Shown here: piece by piece, positions 39,401 to 51,079 of the stretch
Layout: each line of letters begins with the position of its first letter
How positions within the stretch are numbered: the first letter of the stretch is position 1
From: an uncultured cyanobacterium
Lineage (GTDB): Bacteria; Cyanobacteriota; Cyanobacteriia; Cyanobacteriales; CAWUOF01
Assembly: GCA_963744145.1 (NCBI GenBank)
Contig: CAVUSO010000001.1
Span: forward strand, 5,088,001-5,152,000
Direction: 5' to 3'
DNA: 64,000 nt
Program-made: the position numbers and the translations under genes
Notes under the pieces: generated by a model
The model's input: only the letters and a program-made list of their open reading frames with translations
Database searches by the model: none
What the model was told of the DNA's origin: nothing

Positions 39401-41934
39401 GGGAGCTGATTTTGGGAGACTAATGCCTGAATTTTAATAATATAAACCTTTACTTGATCTACCGCAGTTTTTGCCTGACTAATTACTGCATTAAACCACC
39501 ACTCGATCTGGGCAAATTTCCCCAAGAGCGAAGCTGCTTCGATCACTAATTCATGTAAATTTAAGGTAATTTGATATTCTCTGCTCCATCCTTTATTTCC
39601 CAGTAAGCTGATTCCCATCTGAGCATATTCATCTGTAGCTTGATAAGCACTAGTAGCTCTAGCTTTACCGGCTGCAACTAGATTAAGTTGAGCCAAGCGA
39701 TCGCGCTCAGTTTGAGTTTCAATTAGTTCTAAACCATAATTCAATTGATTAACTACTGCAAAAATTAGCTCTTCTCTGGTAGGGTCGGAGATTTGAGTAA
39801 GTAGTAATTGACCGATTTGGTAGTGAGTTCTAGCTCGTTCCGGTTCTGGAATCAGTAAATAAGCAGCTTGTTTAATGCGATCGTGTCCAAACTGATAATG
39901 TTGAATCAACAGATATTCATCTAGAGAGGAACGAGCGATCAGCAAACCTTGTTCCAGTGCTATTTTCAGATCCCTATAGATAGCGACGGTCGGTTGGGAT
40001 TTAATTAAGGAGAGGGTTAGTAAATCAAACTCTCTTCCTAAATAAGCTGCAATTGCTAGCACATCTTGAACGGTTTGCGGCAATTTTTGCAACTGTAACA
40101 GCATTAATTCTACTACATTATCAGTAAAATCCTTGCGTTCAATTTCCTTTAGATTCCATTGCCATTGTCTGAATCTGTAATTGAACGATAGTAAATTTTC
40201 GCTGTAGAGAATGTGGAGAAACTGATTGGTAAAGAATGGATTACCTTGAGTCTTAGAGATCACTAACTGCGCCAAATTTTTAACCATTGCCGGGTCATAA
40301 TGTAACGTCTCCCCAATCAATTCTTCCACCTGCTCTAAAGATAAGGGGGCTAAGTTAATATAGTTGATTTTAGTCTCATAGTGTTGCAGTTTAGCAATCA
40401 TAAAAATGAGCGGATGACCAGCTAATATTTCATGATCTCGATAGGCAACTATGATTAATAAATGATTGATTGGGTGGTCTTTTAATAGTAGTTCCAACAG
40501 ATTGAAAGTAGCAAAATCCGCCCACTGAATATCATCTAAAAATATGACAAGTGGGTGTTCTGGGGCGCAAAATACCTGAATAAAGCGTTGAAAAACTAAA
40601 TTAAACCGATTTTGGGCTTCATTCGCCCCCAATTGGGGGACGGGGGGCTGAGTGCCAATCATTAATTCTAGATCGGGAATCACATCAATGATTACTTGCC
40701 CATTGCTGCCCAGACTATCTAATAATTGTTCTCGGAATTGGGAGAGAACTGTCTCCGGTTCCCCTAACAGTTGTTTGACTAAGCTACTCAACGCTTGTAA
40801 TAGTCCTGAGTAGGGAATATTCCGCTGAAATTGGTCATATTTGCCATCAATAAAATAGCCCCTTCTGGCTGTAATCGGTTGGTAGAGCGATCGCACCAGG
40901 GTAGATTTACCAATCCCAGAATAACCAGTTACCAGGATCAATTCGGCTCGAGCGCTATCATCTGGATTTGCTCCTACTACCCGTTCAAAAGCTGCAATTA
41001 AGATTTGGATCTCTTGTTCTCGACCATAGAGTTTTTGGGGAATGTGAAACCGATCAGGAATATCATTTCCAGCCAGGGGAAACCATTCAATTCTGCCAGT
41101 TACCTGCCACTGTCTTAAACATTCCTCTAAATCCGCCTTCAGTCCCCAAGCACTTTGATATCGATCTTCAGCATTTTTAGCCATTAATTTATGGACAATA
41201 TCCACCAAACTGAGTGGGAGCTGACCCTGCTTGACTTCGGTCAAGGATATAGGCTGTTTGGCTAAATGACAATGAACTAACTCCATTGGATCATTAGTAG
41301 TAAAGGGTAATTGATTCGTCAATAATTCGTAGAATGTCACCCCCAGAGAATAAAAATCTGTGCGATAGTCTACGATCCGATTCATCCGTCCGGTTTGTTC
41401 CGGAGCCAGATAAGCTAATGTTCCTTCTAAATAATTGGGAAGTTGTAGTGCTGGATTTTCTCGACTCAGTTGGGTCGAAATTCCTAGGTCAATGATCTTT
41501 AACACCATTGTGGTCGCGTTGAAAACAATATTACTAGGATTGAGATCTTTATGAATTACTCTGTGACTATGGAGTTGACCTAAAGCGCTGGCAATTTTGA
41601 TCGCGATCGGCCAAAATAAGTCGAGGGGCAAACCTTGGGGATATTGTTTTAACCATTTTTTCAGGGCATCTCCACCAAAATCTTCAAAAATAATTACTAA
41701 GGTTCGGTGCCATTCCATCAACTCATAAGCTTGAATCACCTGGAGTAGCTTGAGCTGTTGTGCCAGATAATACTCTTGACGATAGCGTCGGAGCTGGTCT
41801 GGACTCGGATATTCGGCTTTGAGAACCTTGAGAATTACGGGTTGATCATCTTTAATTCGTCGTCCACGATAGACTCGGGAATGTTCTCCATCATGTATTT
41901 GAATTAAATTTTTGTACTCCGTAAAAGTGGTCAT
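36472..41934 (-). CDS. Ser/Thr kinase-AAA-GAF-PAS-GGDEF multidomain signalling protein
   Basis: HKDLNPSN, APEQTG, GYSGIGKS, YLEN GAF motif, HGGEEF. Confidence 0.92.
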   Translation of the reverse strand: MTTFTEYKNLIQIHDGEHSRVYRGRRIKDDQPVILKVLKAEYPSPDQLRRYRQEYYLAQQLKLLQVIQAYELMEWHRTLVIIFEDFGGDALKKWLKQYPQGLPLDLFWPIAIKIASALGQLHSHRVIHKDLNPSNIVFNATTMVLKIIDLGISTQLSRENPALQLPNYLEGTLAYLAPEQTGRMNRIVDYRTDFYSLGVTFYELLTNQLPFTTNDPMELVHCHLAKQPISLTEVKQGQLPLSLVDIVHKLMAKNAEDRYQSAWGLKADLEECLRQWQVTGRIEWFPLAGNDIPDRFHIPQKLYGREQEIQILIAAFERVVGANPDDSARAELILVTGYSGIGKSTLVRSLYQPITARRGYFIDGKYDQFQRNIPYSGLLQALSSLVKQLLGEPETVLSQFREQLLDSLGSNGQVIIDVIPDLELMIGTQPPVPQLGANEAQNRFNLVFQRFIQVFCAPEHPLVIFLDDIQWADFATFNLLELLLKDHPINHLLIIVAYRDHEILAGHPLIFMIAKLQHYETKINYINLAPLSLEQVEELIGETLHYDPAMVKNLAQLVISKTQGNPFFTNQFLHILYSENLLSFNYRFRQWQWNLKEIERKDFTDNVVELMLLQLQKLPQTVQDVLAIAAYLGREFDLLTLSLIKSQPTVAIYRDLKIALEQGLLIARSSLDEYLLIQHYQFGHDRIKQAAYLLIPEPERARTHYQIGQLLLTQISDPTREELIFAVVNQLNYGLELIETQTERDRLAQLNLVAAGKARATSAYQATDEYAQMGISLLGNKGWSREYQITLNLHELVIEAASLLGKFAQIEWWFNAVISQAKTAVDQVKVYIIKIQALVSQNQLPEAISTGKSILKQLGVELNDIPTVEDIQQAILEINHLNYNLTPEQAIERLFDLPPMVDPHQLAIMEVIASIQPACYIVGSPLFPLLVALQVNLSLQFGNSPLSALSYGFYGACLIKFRQDITTATQFSRLAYRIAAQPEAKNIRSTTFVPIASLLHHRQSHLRETLPILQAGYQAGLETGNLEYVGHHAHLFCFHSYWCGQNLAELEVQTKGYHQQLLDFNQVTTANYCSVYWETILSLIGNPEQFELTCEQAIAEEKLLSQSLIAKDLFRVFAFYLHRAMVKFLTGNIERATMDIILARQYLAGGVGTIGEASLYFYDSLILLNNVSTTAIDWEKKEQQIHDNQSKLKFWAEFAPMNYLHKWQLVEAEKYRVLEKKLEAIEFYDLAIAGAKKSEYLQEEALANELAAKFYLNWGKKRFVQLYIQEAHYCYLRWGAIKKVGYLESQYPHLLGEQFSSRLSTDHTSFSSSSSGNSAVLDLSTIMKSSQAIAREMVLEKLLQTLMKILLENAGAQSGCLLLPSLNNSSELADFSIAIYSNTNHTIFSPDQPIDQLLPVSVVNYVARTLKNVVLDDAIQVGNFIHDPYIQSMKPLSILCYPLLNQGKLVGMVYLENQVTGAAFTRARIEFLQLLSGQAAIAITNAQLYAQVRDSKKQLEQFLEAVPIGIGILDTKAHPYYANRRAKKLLGKRIAPEATITELAQVYQVYVAGTQEIYPNEQLPIVRALKGEAASVDDLEIHHGDRVIPLEIWGTPIYSETGEIKFALNAFQDITERKQAEKLRNDYNRTLEQKVAERTNELELANQELSRIATLDGLTKIANRRRFDQYLGVEWQRHLREKQPLTLILMDIDYFKLYNDYYGHQGGDECLIKVAQTLAQIPQRAVDLVARHGGEEFAAILPNTNLNGGLVVANAIRQAIADLKILHAQSEVSPYVTLSLGVATLIPTLTNYPQDLIGRADEALYKAKHQGRNRAIAYTK

Positions 41935-42216
41935 AGTAATTCGTCTAGTTGTCTAAATTTGCTGACGTTTGAGATTAGACTAATCTATTGCTATCTATGT
42001 AGTGTAGGCAATCACTTAATTTGACCCCTGATGTTTAGCGTGGTTAAGTGTCTGGTCAGCTCTCACAATTAAATCCTGATGACTGGTATTTGTAACTAAG
42101 AATCAGAACTGCCACACTTAAACGTAAAGTAACATATCAAGTAATCAGTGACTGGACATGGGGAATTACTAGAGCAGCGATCGCTCGTCGGCTCTAGTTA
42201 TGGGCAAACTCAACCC

Positions 42217-42249
42217 AAAAAAAGCCCCTGCTTAAACAGCAGGAGCTTT
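42217..42249 (-). terminator. Rho-independent terminator after psbC
   Basis: GCTCCTGCT/AGCAGGGGC stem followed by T7 on the minus strand. Confidence 0.75.
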
Positions 42250-42294
42250 ATATTCATTGATCAGCCATGAAGAAAATCAAAACTCCAACCTAAA

Positions 42295-43680
42295 TTAATC
42301 TAGGGTAGGCATTGATAACACTGGCTCATTTTCCCGATCGATTCCCTTCTCAAAGCCAGCAGCTGCAGCACGAGCGCGACCAGCGTGCCACAAGTGACCA
42401 ACTAAGAAGAAGAAACCCATGACAAAGTGGAAAGAAGCCAACCAAGCACGGGGGGACACATAGTTGAATGAGTTAACATCAGTAATGACACCACCAACTG
42501 AGTTGAGAGAACCCAGAGGAGCATGAGTCATGTACTCAGCAGCCCGGCGAGCTTGCCAAGGTTGAATATCATTCTTAATTTTGTTTAGATCCAGACCATT
42601 AGGACCACGTAAAGGCTCCAACCAAGGACCACGGAAATCCCAGAAGCGCATAGTTTCACCACCGAAGATAATTTCTCCAGTCGGAGAGCGCATCAGATAT
42701 TTACCAAGACCGGTCGGACCTTGAGCAGAAGCGACGTTAGCACCTAAACGTTGGTCACGGATCAAAAAGGTGAGAGCTTGAGATTGAGAAGCTTCCGCAC
42801 CAGTAGGACCGTAAAATTCGCTGGGATAAACCGTATTGTTAAACCAGACAAAGCAAGAAGCGATCAAGCCCATCAAAGACAGAGCGCCTAGACTGTAGGA
42901 TAGATAGGCTTCTCCAGACCAGATGAAAGCACGACGTGCCCAACCAAAAGGCTTAGTCAGGATATGCCAAATTCCACCAGCAATGCAGATAATCCCAATC
43001 CAAATGTGACCACCGATCACATCTTCCAGGTTATTGACACTAACAATCCAGCCTTCACCACCAAAGGGAGATTTGACTAAATAGCCGAAAATAACCAAAG
43101 GATTAAGGGTGGGATTATTAATAATCCGTACATCACCACCACCAGGAGCCCAAGTGTCGTAGATCCCGCCAAAAAACATGGCTTTAAGTACCAACAACAA
43201 AGCTCCACAACCAAGGACGATCAGGTGAAACCCGATGATCGTGGTCATTTTGTTTTTATCTTTCCAGTCATAACCAAAGAAAGAAGAATATTCTTCTAAG
43301 GTTTCTGGACCACGCACAGCGTGATAAATACCACCTAAACCTAAAACTGCTGAGGAAATCAGGTGTAAAACACCAACGACGAAGTAAGGGAAAATATCAA
43401 TTACTTCACCCCCAGGTCCAACACCCCAACCCTGAGTAGCCAGGTGAGGTAATAAAATTAAACCCTGTTCATACATGGGTTTTTCTGGGACAAAATGAGC
43501 GACTTCAAATAAAGTCATCGCTCCAGCCCAAAAGACGATGAGACCAGCATGGGCAACGTGAGCGCCCAACAGTTTACCAGATAGGTTAATCAGGCGAGCG
43601 TTACCAGACCACCAGGCGAAACCAGATGATTCGAGGTCGCGATTACCTGACATGATCGAATTACTAGAGAGCGTTACCAC
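42295..43680 (-). CDS. psbC: Photosystem II CP43
   Basis: [20 protein letters not shown]; conserved GTG start at 43680 overlapping psbD. Confidence 0.98.
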   Translation of the reverse strand: MVTLSSNSIMSGNRDLESSGFAWWSGNARLINLSGKLLGAHVAHAGLIVFWAGAMTLFEVAHFVPEKPMYEQGLILLPHLATQGWGVGPGGEVIDIFPYFVVGVLHLISSAVLGLGGIYHAVRGPETLEEYSSFFGYDWKDKNKMTTIIGFHLIVLGCGALLLVLKAMFFGGIYDTWAPGGGDVRIINNPTLNPLVIFGYLVKSPFGGEGWIVSVNNLEDVIGGHIWIGIICIAGGIWHILTKPFGWARRAFIWSGEAYLSYSLGALSLMGLIASCFVWFNNTVYPSEFYGPTGAEASQSQALTFLIRDQRLGANVASAQGPTGLGKYLMRSPTGEIIFGGETMRFWDFRGPWLEPLRGPNGLDLNKIKNDIQPWQARRAAEYMTHAPLGSLNSVGGVITDVNSFNYVSPRAWLASFHFVMGFFFLVGHLWHAGRARAAAAGFEKGIDRENEPVLSMPTLD

Positions 43681-44722
43681 GCGGTAATACCTCCTCAGGG
43701 AAGATGAAGTTTTCGTGGGGTTGATCTTGAGGAGCCATCCAAGCGCGGATTCCCTCATTTAGCAGAATATTTTTGGTGTAAAAAGTCTCAAATTCTGGGT
43801 CTTCAGCAGCCCGCAGTTCCTGAGAAACAAAATCATAAGCCCGTAGGTTTAAGGCTAAACCGACAATTCCGACCGAACTCATCCACAAACCGGTAACTGG
43901 CACAAATAACATAAAGAAATGGAGCCAGCGTTTGTTGGAAAAAGCAATCCCAAAGATTTGCGACCAGAAACGGTTCGCGGTCACCATGGAGTAGGTTTCT
44001 TCCGATTGGGTGGGATTAAATGCGCGGAAGGTGTTGGCTGCTTCCCCATCTTCAAATAGGGTGTTTTCTACAGTAGCACCGTGAATCGCACATAACAATG
44101 CTCCCCCTAAGATCCCTGCTACACCCATCATGTGGAAAGGGTTGAGAGTCCAGTTATGGAAACCTTGGAGGAATAAGAGGAAACGGAAGATAGCAGCGAC
44201 TCCGAAGCTGGGGGCAAAGAACCAGCCTGATTGACCCAAGGGGTACATCAGAAAGACGGAGACGAATACGGCGATCGGACCAGTGAAAGCGAGGGCGTTG
44301 TAAGGACGAATCCCAACTAAGCGAGCGATTTCAATTTGGCGCAAGCAAAAGCCGATTAAGCCAAAGGCACCGTGGAGGGCAACGAATGTCCACAAGCCAC
44401 CCAGTTGACACCAACGGACAAAATCCCATTGAGCTTCTGGTCCCCAGAGGAACAATAAGGAGTGTCCGAGACTGTTGGGAGGGGTGGATACAGCAACGGT
44501 GAGGAAGTTGCAGCCTTCTAAGTAGGAAGATGCTAACCCGTGGGTGTACCAAGATGTGACGAAGGTGGTACCGGTCAACCAGCCCCCGAGCGCCAAATAG
44601 GCACAAGGGAAGAGGAGGATACCAGACCAACCCACGAAGACGAAGCGATCGCGTTTTAACCAGTCGTCGAGGACATCAAACCATCCTCGTTCGACTTGGG
44701 CACGTCCAATTGCAATTGTCAT
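43664..44722 (-). CDS. psbD: Photosystem II D2
   Basis: 352 aa, MTIAIGR...[10 protein letters not shown]. Confidence 0.99.
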   Translation of the reverse strand: MTIAIGRAQVERGWFDVLDDWLKRDRFVFVGWSGILLFPCAYLALGGWLTGTTFVTSWYTHGLASSYLEGCNFLTVAVSTPPNSLGHSLLFLWGPEAQWDFVRWCQLGGLWTFVALHGAFGLIGFCLRQIEIARLVGIRPYNALAFTGPIAVFVSVFLMYPLGQSGWFFAPSFGVAAIFRFLLFLQGFHNWTLNPFHMMGVAGILGGALLCAIHGATVENTLFEDGEAANTFRAFNPTQSEETYSMVTANRFWSQIFGIAFSNKRWLHFFMLFVPVTGLWMSSVGIVGLALNLRAYDFVSQELRAAEDPEFETFYTKNILLNEGIRAWMAPQDQPHENFIFPEEVLPRGNAL

Positions 44723-44863
44723 CGGTATTTTTTCAATCCGCTTGGGCAGTGATTTATTTTTGTTTCTGTCGCTCTAAAAATTAAGAGTGTCAGATTCGGT
44801 TTGTACTTGTACTATGATAAACAATACTAAAAAATTTACAATCCGCAAAAATATTTTAATTTG

Positions 44864-45430
44864 ATGAACCCCCAAAACACCTTGATTAGCGATCGCATTT
44901 TCCGGCAAGAAATCCTTGGCTCTCGTCGTTTGAGCAACTACTGTTGGGCTACTATTGTTTCCATCGGTGGGATTGGTTTTCTGTTATCAAGCATTTCTAG
45001 CTTCCTCAAAGTCAACTTGCTCCCCTTAAGTGACCCCACTCAACTCATTTTTTTCCCCCAAGGGTTGGTGATGGGTCTTTATGGATTAGCAGCTTTGTTA
45101 TTGGCACTTTATTTATGGCTCACGATCCTCTGGGATCTCGGTAGTGGTTTCAACGAGTTCAATAAAGAAACTGGACAGGTAAATATCTTTAGGTTTGGAT
45201 TTCCTGGGAAAAACCGTCGGATTGAACTCTCCTACCCCCTCCAAGATGTGCAATCAATTAAAGTAGATATTAAAGAGGGGTTAAATCCACGTCGAGCTGT
45301 TTATTTACTGGTTAAAGGTAGAAATGAAATTCCCCTCACCCGCGTTGGACAACCAATTCCCCTGGCTGATTTAGAAAATCAAGGTGCTCAATTAGCTCGT
45401 TTCTTAGGTGTACCGTTGGAAGGTTTGTAA
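44864..45430 (+). CDS. ycf4: Photosystem I assembly protein Ycf4
   Basis: GSRRLSNY, PQGLVM, FRFGFPGKNRRI, LARFLGVPLEG. Confidence 0.96.
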   Translation: MNPQNTLISDRIFRQEILGSRRLSNYCWATIVSIGGIGFLLSSISSFLKVNLLPLSDPTQLIFFPQGLVMGLYGLAALLLALYLWLTILWDLGSGFNEFNKETGQVNIFRFGFPGKNRRIELSYPLQDVQSIKVDIKEGLNPRRAVYLLVKGRNEIPLTRVGQPIPLADLENQGAQLARFLGVPLEGL

Positions 45431-45477
45431 CCAGTTTTTAGTTATGGTGAAATAACTGCTGAATTGGTGAATTAAGA

Positions 45478-46260
45478 ATGGCCTTAAAAATTAGACACTT
45501 AATTGTGTCCTTTTTTATCATCGGTGCGTTGGTATTGGGTGGCTGTAACCCGGTTCAATCGACTTCTCAAAATTCCAATGCGATCGCTGTTAAAACTTCA
45601 GAGGCAACTACATCAGGATTGGCAACTGCTGTCAAGTCAGCTCAGAAGTCTGAAAATAGCTTACCTCGTCTAGAAGGAAAGGCGACAGTAATACTAAAGG
45701 TGAAAGGTGCGCCAATTACGATTGAAGTAGATGGAGATGATGCTCCCATCACTGCTGGTAATTTTGTTGATTTAGTCCAACGCGGAGTATATAACGGATT
45801 AGTATTTCATCGGGTCATCCGTGAACCTGAACCCTTTGTAGTTCAAGGTGGTGATCCAAAAAGTAAAGACCCAAATGTGAAAATTACCCAGCTAGGTACT
45901 GGTAGTTTCATTGACCCTGCAACTGGTCAGCCCCGTCTGATCCCACTGGAAATTAAACCCAAAGGAGCCGATCGTCCAATTTATAGCAAGACTCTCAAAG
46001 ATGCTGGGATTACGGTTGGGCCAAAATTACTCCATACTCGTGGTGCCGTAGCAATGGCTCGCTCAGATTTTCCGGATTCAGCTTCTTCACAATTCTATAT
46101 AGCCTTGGCAGATTTGAATTTTTTGGATGGTGATTATGCTGTGTTTGGATATGTGAAGGAGGGAATGGATGTGGTTGATCAAATTCAGGCAAGCGATCGC
46201 ATTGACTCGGCTAAGGTAATGCAGGGTGCAGATAATCTGAAGGTAGCTGAAAAAAAATAG
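45478..46260 (+). CDS. Cyclophilin-type PPIase, lipoprotein
   Basis: Lipobox [32 protein letters not shown]. Confidence 0.93.
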   Translation: MALKIRHLIVSFFIIGALVLGGCNPVQSTSQNSNAIAVKTSEATTSGLATAVKSAQKSENSLPRLEGKATVILKVKGAPITIEVDGDDAPITAGNFVDLVQRGVYNGLVFHRVIREPEPFVVQGGDPKSKDPNVKITQLGTGSFIDPATGQPRLIPLEIKPKGADRPIYSKTLKDAGITVGPKLLHTRGAVAMARSDFPDSASSQFYIALADLNFLDGDYAVFGYVKEGMDVVDQIQASDRIDSAKVMQGADNLKVAEKK

Positions 46261-46269
46261 CCCCTGAAT

Positions 46270-47385
46270 GTGCAAATAGTTGTGACTGGAATTGGTCTTG
46301 TCTCGGCTTTAGGTAATTTGGATGTCTCTTGGCAACGTTTATTGGCTGGTGAGTCAGCAATTCAGGTGCGTCAATTATTTGCAGAACTACCACCTCTACC
46401 TATAGCTTTAGTGACAGACATCCCTCAAAATTTAACTGCTTTGACTCACCAGGTGGTAGCATCGGCTCTGCAAGATGCTGGCTTAACTACCCCTCTGCCT
46501 GCTTTTGGAGTAGTAATTGGTTCTAGTCGCTCTGATCAAGCTACCTGGGAACAGTTATTTTTGGGGTCAGAGCAGCTCTCTAGTTGGTTAGATACTTTAC
46601 CTCACATGGCAGCGATCGCGGTAGCGAGACAAATTGGTTCTACTGGACCAGTTTTAGCCCCGATGGCTGCTTGTGCTACAGGTATCTGGGCGATCGCCCA
46701 AGCCGTGGAATTAATCTTAACTGGTCAGTGTCATCAGGTGATCGCTGGTGCAGTTGAAGCCCCAATTACTCCCCTCACTTTAGCTGGATTTCACCAGATG
46801 GGTGCTTTAGCTAAAACCGGTGCTTATCCCTTTGACCGAGATCGGGAAGGTTTAGTGCTGGGAGAAGGGGGTGCTGTTTTTGTTTTGGAATCTGCTGATG
46901 TAGCTCGGAGTCGATCCGCTCCGATTTACGGAGAAGTTTTGCATTTTGGCTTGACAAATGATGCACTTCATGCTATAAAACCCGATGAGTCGAGGAAAAG
47001 TGCTATAACTGCGATCAAACAGTGTTGCGATCGCAGTAAAATTACCTTAGGGGAAATTGACTATATTCATGCTCATGGTACTGGGACAAAACTCAACGAT
47101 CGCCATGAAGCAGATTTAATTCAACAGTTATTTTCCCGAAAAGTGTCGGTTAGCTCGACCAAAGGTGCTACTGGACATACGTTGGGAGCATCAGGAGCTT
47201 TGGGGATTGCTTTTTCTTTAATGACCTTAAGAGATCAGATTTTACCTCCCTGTGTGGGATTGAGGGAATCTGAGTTTAATATAGATTTAGTGACTTCAGC
47301 GAGTCACTGTCGGGTGCAAAAGGTAATTTGTTTAAGCTTTGGATTTGGGGGACAAAATGCGGCGATCGCATTTTCTCACCTCTAG
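46270..47385 (+). CDS. FabF-like beta-ketoacyl synthase
   Basis: AACATG, HAHGTGT, KGATGHTLG, SFGFGG. Confidence 0.9.
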   Translation: MQIVVTGIGLVSALGNLDVSWQRLLAGESAIQVRQLFAELPPLPIALVTDIPQNLTALTHQVVASALQDAGLTTPLPAFGVVIGSSRSDQATWEQLFLGSEQLSSWLDTLPHMAAIAVARQIGSTGPVLAPMAACATGIWAIAQAVELILTGQCHQVIAGAVEAPITPLTLAGFHQMGALAKTGAYPFDRDREGLVLGEGGAVFVLESADVARSRSAPIYGEVLHFGLTNDALHAIKPDESRKSAITAIKQCCDRSKITLGEIDYIHAHGTGTKLNDRHEADLIQQLFSRKVSVSSTKGATGHTLGASGALGIAFSLMTLRDQILPPCVGLRESEFNIDLVTSASHCRVQKVICLSFGFGGQNAAIAFSHL

Positions 47386-47600
47386 CAGAATAATCTTTTC
47401 TGAGTTAGCGATACTTCTCTGGAAAATAAATATTCTGAAGTGTTATTTAATTATAGAACAAAAAATCAGGGCTTGGGCTACCTAGATTAATCATTTGGAT
47501 CTTAATCAGAGTCTAATCGTAAATAGTTTCAGCGATGGTACTGCAATTGTGCTAATCGCTGAAGATAAAAGTTGCTGAGAAATGATGTAGGGAAACTGAT

Positions 47601-48701
47601 ATGGAGCTTAAATCCCATCGATTTATTAAGTATTTTGGTTCACCGCAAGCAGATTTAATTTGCCAATTGGCTATTATTGAAAACTTTGCTGAACAAAAGG
47701 TAATTTTTGAAGAAGGTGAAATTCCGGATTTTTTATACTTGGTCTTAGCTGGACAAGTAGAATTTAGTAAGCGAGTTGGATTGGAACAATATCAAACAGT
47801 TGCTTTAGCAGGACCAAATGACTTTTTTGGTGAATTTGGTGTTTTAGATGGACAACCACGTAGTACCAGAGCATCTGCTAGTCAAGAAACTATTTTAGCA
47901 AAAATTCCCCGTGATAAGTTGATGGAAATTTTGCAACTTACCAATGGTAGTGTAGTTGTACAATTATTTCGCCATATTATTCAGCATCTGCGCTTAACTA
48001 CAGATCAATATGTTAATCAGATTGTGTACAAAGAAAAAATGGTATCTGTAGGAGAAATGGTTAATACAATTATTCACGATTTTAAAAGTCCTTTTACCAG
48101 TATTACATTAGCTAGTTCAATGCTGAAGGAAATCCATGCTGATGAAGAAACCGCTGAATGGTGCGATTTAATTCAAGCTCAGGTCAATCGAATGTTAGGA
48201 ATGGCTGAAGACTTATTAGCATTTACTAAAGGTAACTCCCATTTATATAAACAACCAGTCAATCTAGCTCTGTTGTTAGAGCAATTTAAAAAATTGAATG
48301 CTATTTATTTTAAAGATACTAAAATCGAATTTGCTTTGCAAGTGGATGATCAGCTCTGGGTGAATGGAGATGAAAGTAAGCTAATGCGGGTTTTGCAAAA
48401 TTTAGTGGGAAATGCGGTAGAATGTTTTGGGAATAGGGGTGGCAGAATTGACATTAAAATTTGGAAAGAGCAGGAATGGGTAGAAATTACGATTGCTGAT
48501 AATGGTCCGGGAATTCCTGAAGCAATTCGAGACCATTTATTTGAATCATTTGTTACCTATGGAAAACGTGGAGGAACAGGTTTAGGAACAGCGATCGCCA
48601 AATCGATTATTGATGCTCATTCTGGACAAATCTCCTTTCAATCACAGTTGGGAGAAGGTACAACATTTCACATTCGTTTACCAATATTAACCATTAACTA
48701 A
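47601..48701 (+). CDS. cNMP-binding-domain histidine kinase
   Basis: FFGEFG...PRST cNMP fold; IIHDFKSP H-box, NLVGNA, DNGPG, GTGLG. Confidence 0.92.
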   Translation: MELKSHRFIKYFGSPQADLICQLAIIENFAEQKVIFEEGEIPDFLYLVLAGQVEFSKRVGLEQYQTVALAGPNDFFGEFGVLDGQPRSTRASASQETILAKIPRDKLMEILQLTNGSVVVQLFRHIIQHLRLTTDQYVNQIVYKEKMVSVGEMVNTIIHDFKSPFTSITLASSMLKEIHADEETAEWCDLIQAQVNRMLGMAEDLLAFTKGNSHLYKQPVNLALLLEQFKKLNAIYFKDTKIEFALQVDDQLWVNGDESKLMRVLQNLVGNAVECFGNRGGRIDIKIWKEQEWVEITIADNGPGIPEAIRDHLFESFVTYGKRGGTGLGTAIAKSIIDAHSGQISFQSQLGEGTTFHIRLPILTIN

Positions 48702-49499
48702 CATTAACACCAGTTACGATATTCCTGATCAGAGTAATCAGCCGTTGATCACCCTGGTGGCAATGTGTATGCAACATTCGGAATACAGCTGCTTTTAAAA
48801 ACGCGCGATCGCTCATACCTATTGACTCATAGTAAATTGCATAATCATTAAGCGCATCTACTAATTCTTGCTCAGAACTAGGCATATTACTACGACGACA
48901 AAATACCTTGAAATGATCTCAGCCAGCTCTTGAATTCCTCGTTCAGCACATTTTTTTCATATCGTTCTCGGATGTGGAATACCTCGTCCCAAGTTATTAT
49001 TTCTTCAGTGTTCGGACTGAACTCAATTTGCCATCGTGGTAGTTGACCATTTTTTCCAGCAAATGGCTGACTGTTATTGAGAGAAAGGCTGATCTCTCCG
49101 TGATTATATGGGTCAAACGACTTGCGACGAGTACCATCTTTCTTAGTCAGAATATCCTGAGCGAGCTTGTAGCGTGAGTTGCATTTATTTCCCATTGGAA
49201 CGAGATTACGCAAATTTGAAGCTGCAAATGGGTATTTGCTTTCTGCAAGGTAATGATCTAGAGCCTCGCGGGGTGTTCCTGGTGCATCAAAATACTCACA
49301 TCCGCAAAATGGACAGGTATGATCGGAAACCGCATCATAAATCGCTTTGTAGTGCTGATCGCGAATTTCCAGCTCTGTGAGAAGTTTAAACGCAAATTCA
49401 AAAAGTTCTTTTACTGGTTGATGAATAGGTTGTGGTAGGTCACTGATAGCGTCACAGTCAAGCTGACAAGATAAGAGAAGAGATATCTCATTTTGATTA

Positions 49500-51079
49500 A
49501 GTAGTCGGACAAAAGTAATAGGTACTGTATTAACTTTTGTAAAACGTATGGGTCAAGCAATAAGCTGGACAAAGTCATCGAAAAATTAGTCCAATCTGGA
49601 GAAGATTGGCCAAAGAAGTGGCTGGACAATGGGAGCAAAAAATTAGACTTATTTTGGTAATTAAGGGGATAAGTGAGGTCGATTTTAGCTTCAAAAAAAA
49701 CACCCTGATTGTGAAATAATTATAGAGCTAACTTAAAAGTTTGAAGAAAATGTCATCTCCTCCTTTGAGAATATTTTTAACATCTGCGGAAAATCAAACC
49801 TTATGGGAATTAAATAGAGCCGAGGGAGTTCCACTAAGAACAAGAGATCGGGCTGCGACCTTGAGATTATCATCAATGGGATGGAAAGTGGAACAGATCG
49901 GCAAGTATCTGAACTGGTCAATTAAGACAGTGAGAGCCACAATACATCGTTGGGAAAAACAGGGATTAGCAGGATTATGGGATGCGCCTCGTCCGGGCAG
50001 GAAAAGAAAATGGAGTCAGGCAGATTTGGCAGAAATTGAAAAAAAACTAGAGACAGAGGAACGAGCTTATAATAGTCGTCAGTTAGTGAAATATCTAGCC
50101 CAGGAAAGGCAAGTAAAACTGAGCCAAAGACAGTTGCGTCGAATCCTCAAAAAAAACTATCGGTGGAAAAGAACGAGAACATCTCTAAAAGGAAAGCAAG
50201 ACCAGGAAAAAAGAGCAACTAAAAGAAATGATTTAGAGATGTTGGAATTCGCGGCAGCCGCGGGTGAAATATGTTTAAAATATTTGGATGAATCAGGATT
50301 TAGCCTGTGGGCTGAACCTGTATATACCTGGGGGAAAATCGGCCAACAGAAACAGATCAAACAGCCTAAAAAGAAAGGGAAAAGATTAAATATATGTGGA
50401 TTTTTGGCCGTGGGAGAAAGCTTTGAATATGGATTAAGTTTTAAGAGTTTTGACAGTAAGAATTATATCAAATTAATGGATTGGCAAGCCGCGCAAGCGG
50501 AAACTAGATTGAAAGAAACGGGCAAAATAACTGTAATTGTCCAAGACCAATATTCCGTTCACGTAAGTAAATTGACGAAGAGCAACTATGATCAATGGGA
50601 AAAACAAGGATTATATATATTCCTATTATCCAGTTACTCTCCCGAATTAAATCTGATTGAAACGGAGTGGGAAAGAATCAAAGAAGATGAATTAGCTGGT
50701 CAAATGTTTGAGAATGAATATGAATTAACCATCGCGGTAAGAGCAGCAATCGAAGCTCGTCAAACTAGTAAGGGCTTAGAAGTAAAAAGATTTAGATTTG
50801 GTGGTCAGCCTAGCCAGGATGAACAAAAATCCTAATCGGGTTTATTCTAGTTCTAGTCAACCGGAAAAATTCCATTAATTGTTTAATGAGAGGCTGAGGC
50901 AAAACTGACCATATTTATAGTTAATAGAAAATCTGGAAATGCAGTTTTCTTACTCTCTAGTGAAACCTATTCAGTTGGACGGAGGGAATACTTTTATATG
51001 CTTTTCTCTGGTAAACTTGTGGGTCAAATTTACTCTTAAATAAAGTTAACATAGTTAACTTTATTTATGTCCGACTACT
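49500..51079 (+). mobile_element. IS630-family insertion sequence
   Basis: IRs AGTAGTCGGACA and TGTCCGACTACT with TA duplication at 49498-49499 and 51080-51081. Confidence 0.92.
49741..50835 (+). CDS. IS630-family transposase
   Basis: HTH N-terminus; YLDESGF, VQDQYSVH, YSPELNLIE. Confidence 0.94.
   Translation: MKKMSSPPLRIFLTSAENQTLWELNRAEGVPLRTRDRAATLRLSSMGWKVEQIGKYLNWSIKTVRATIHRWEKQGLAGLWDAPRPGRKRKWSQADLAEIEKKLETEERAYNSRQLVKYLAQERQVKLSQRQLRRILKKNYRWKRTRTSLKGKQDQEKRATKRNDLEMLEFAAAAGEICLKYLDESGFSLWAEPVYTWGKIGQQKQIKQPKKKGKRLNICGFLAVGESFEYGLSFKSFDSKNYIKLMDWQAAQAETRLKETGKITVIVQDQYSVHVSKLTKSNYDQWEKQGLYIFLLSSYSPELNLIETEWERIKEDELAGQMFENEYELTIAVRAAIEARQTSKGLEVKRFRFGGQPSQDEQKS

Noticed and set aside
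43681..43758. Extended psbC N-terminus
   Set aside because: The conserved GTG start at 43680 gives the standard 461-aa CP43.
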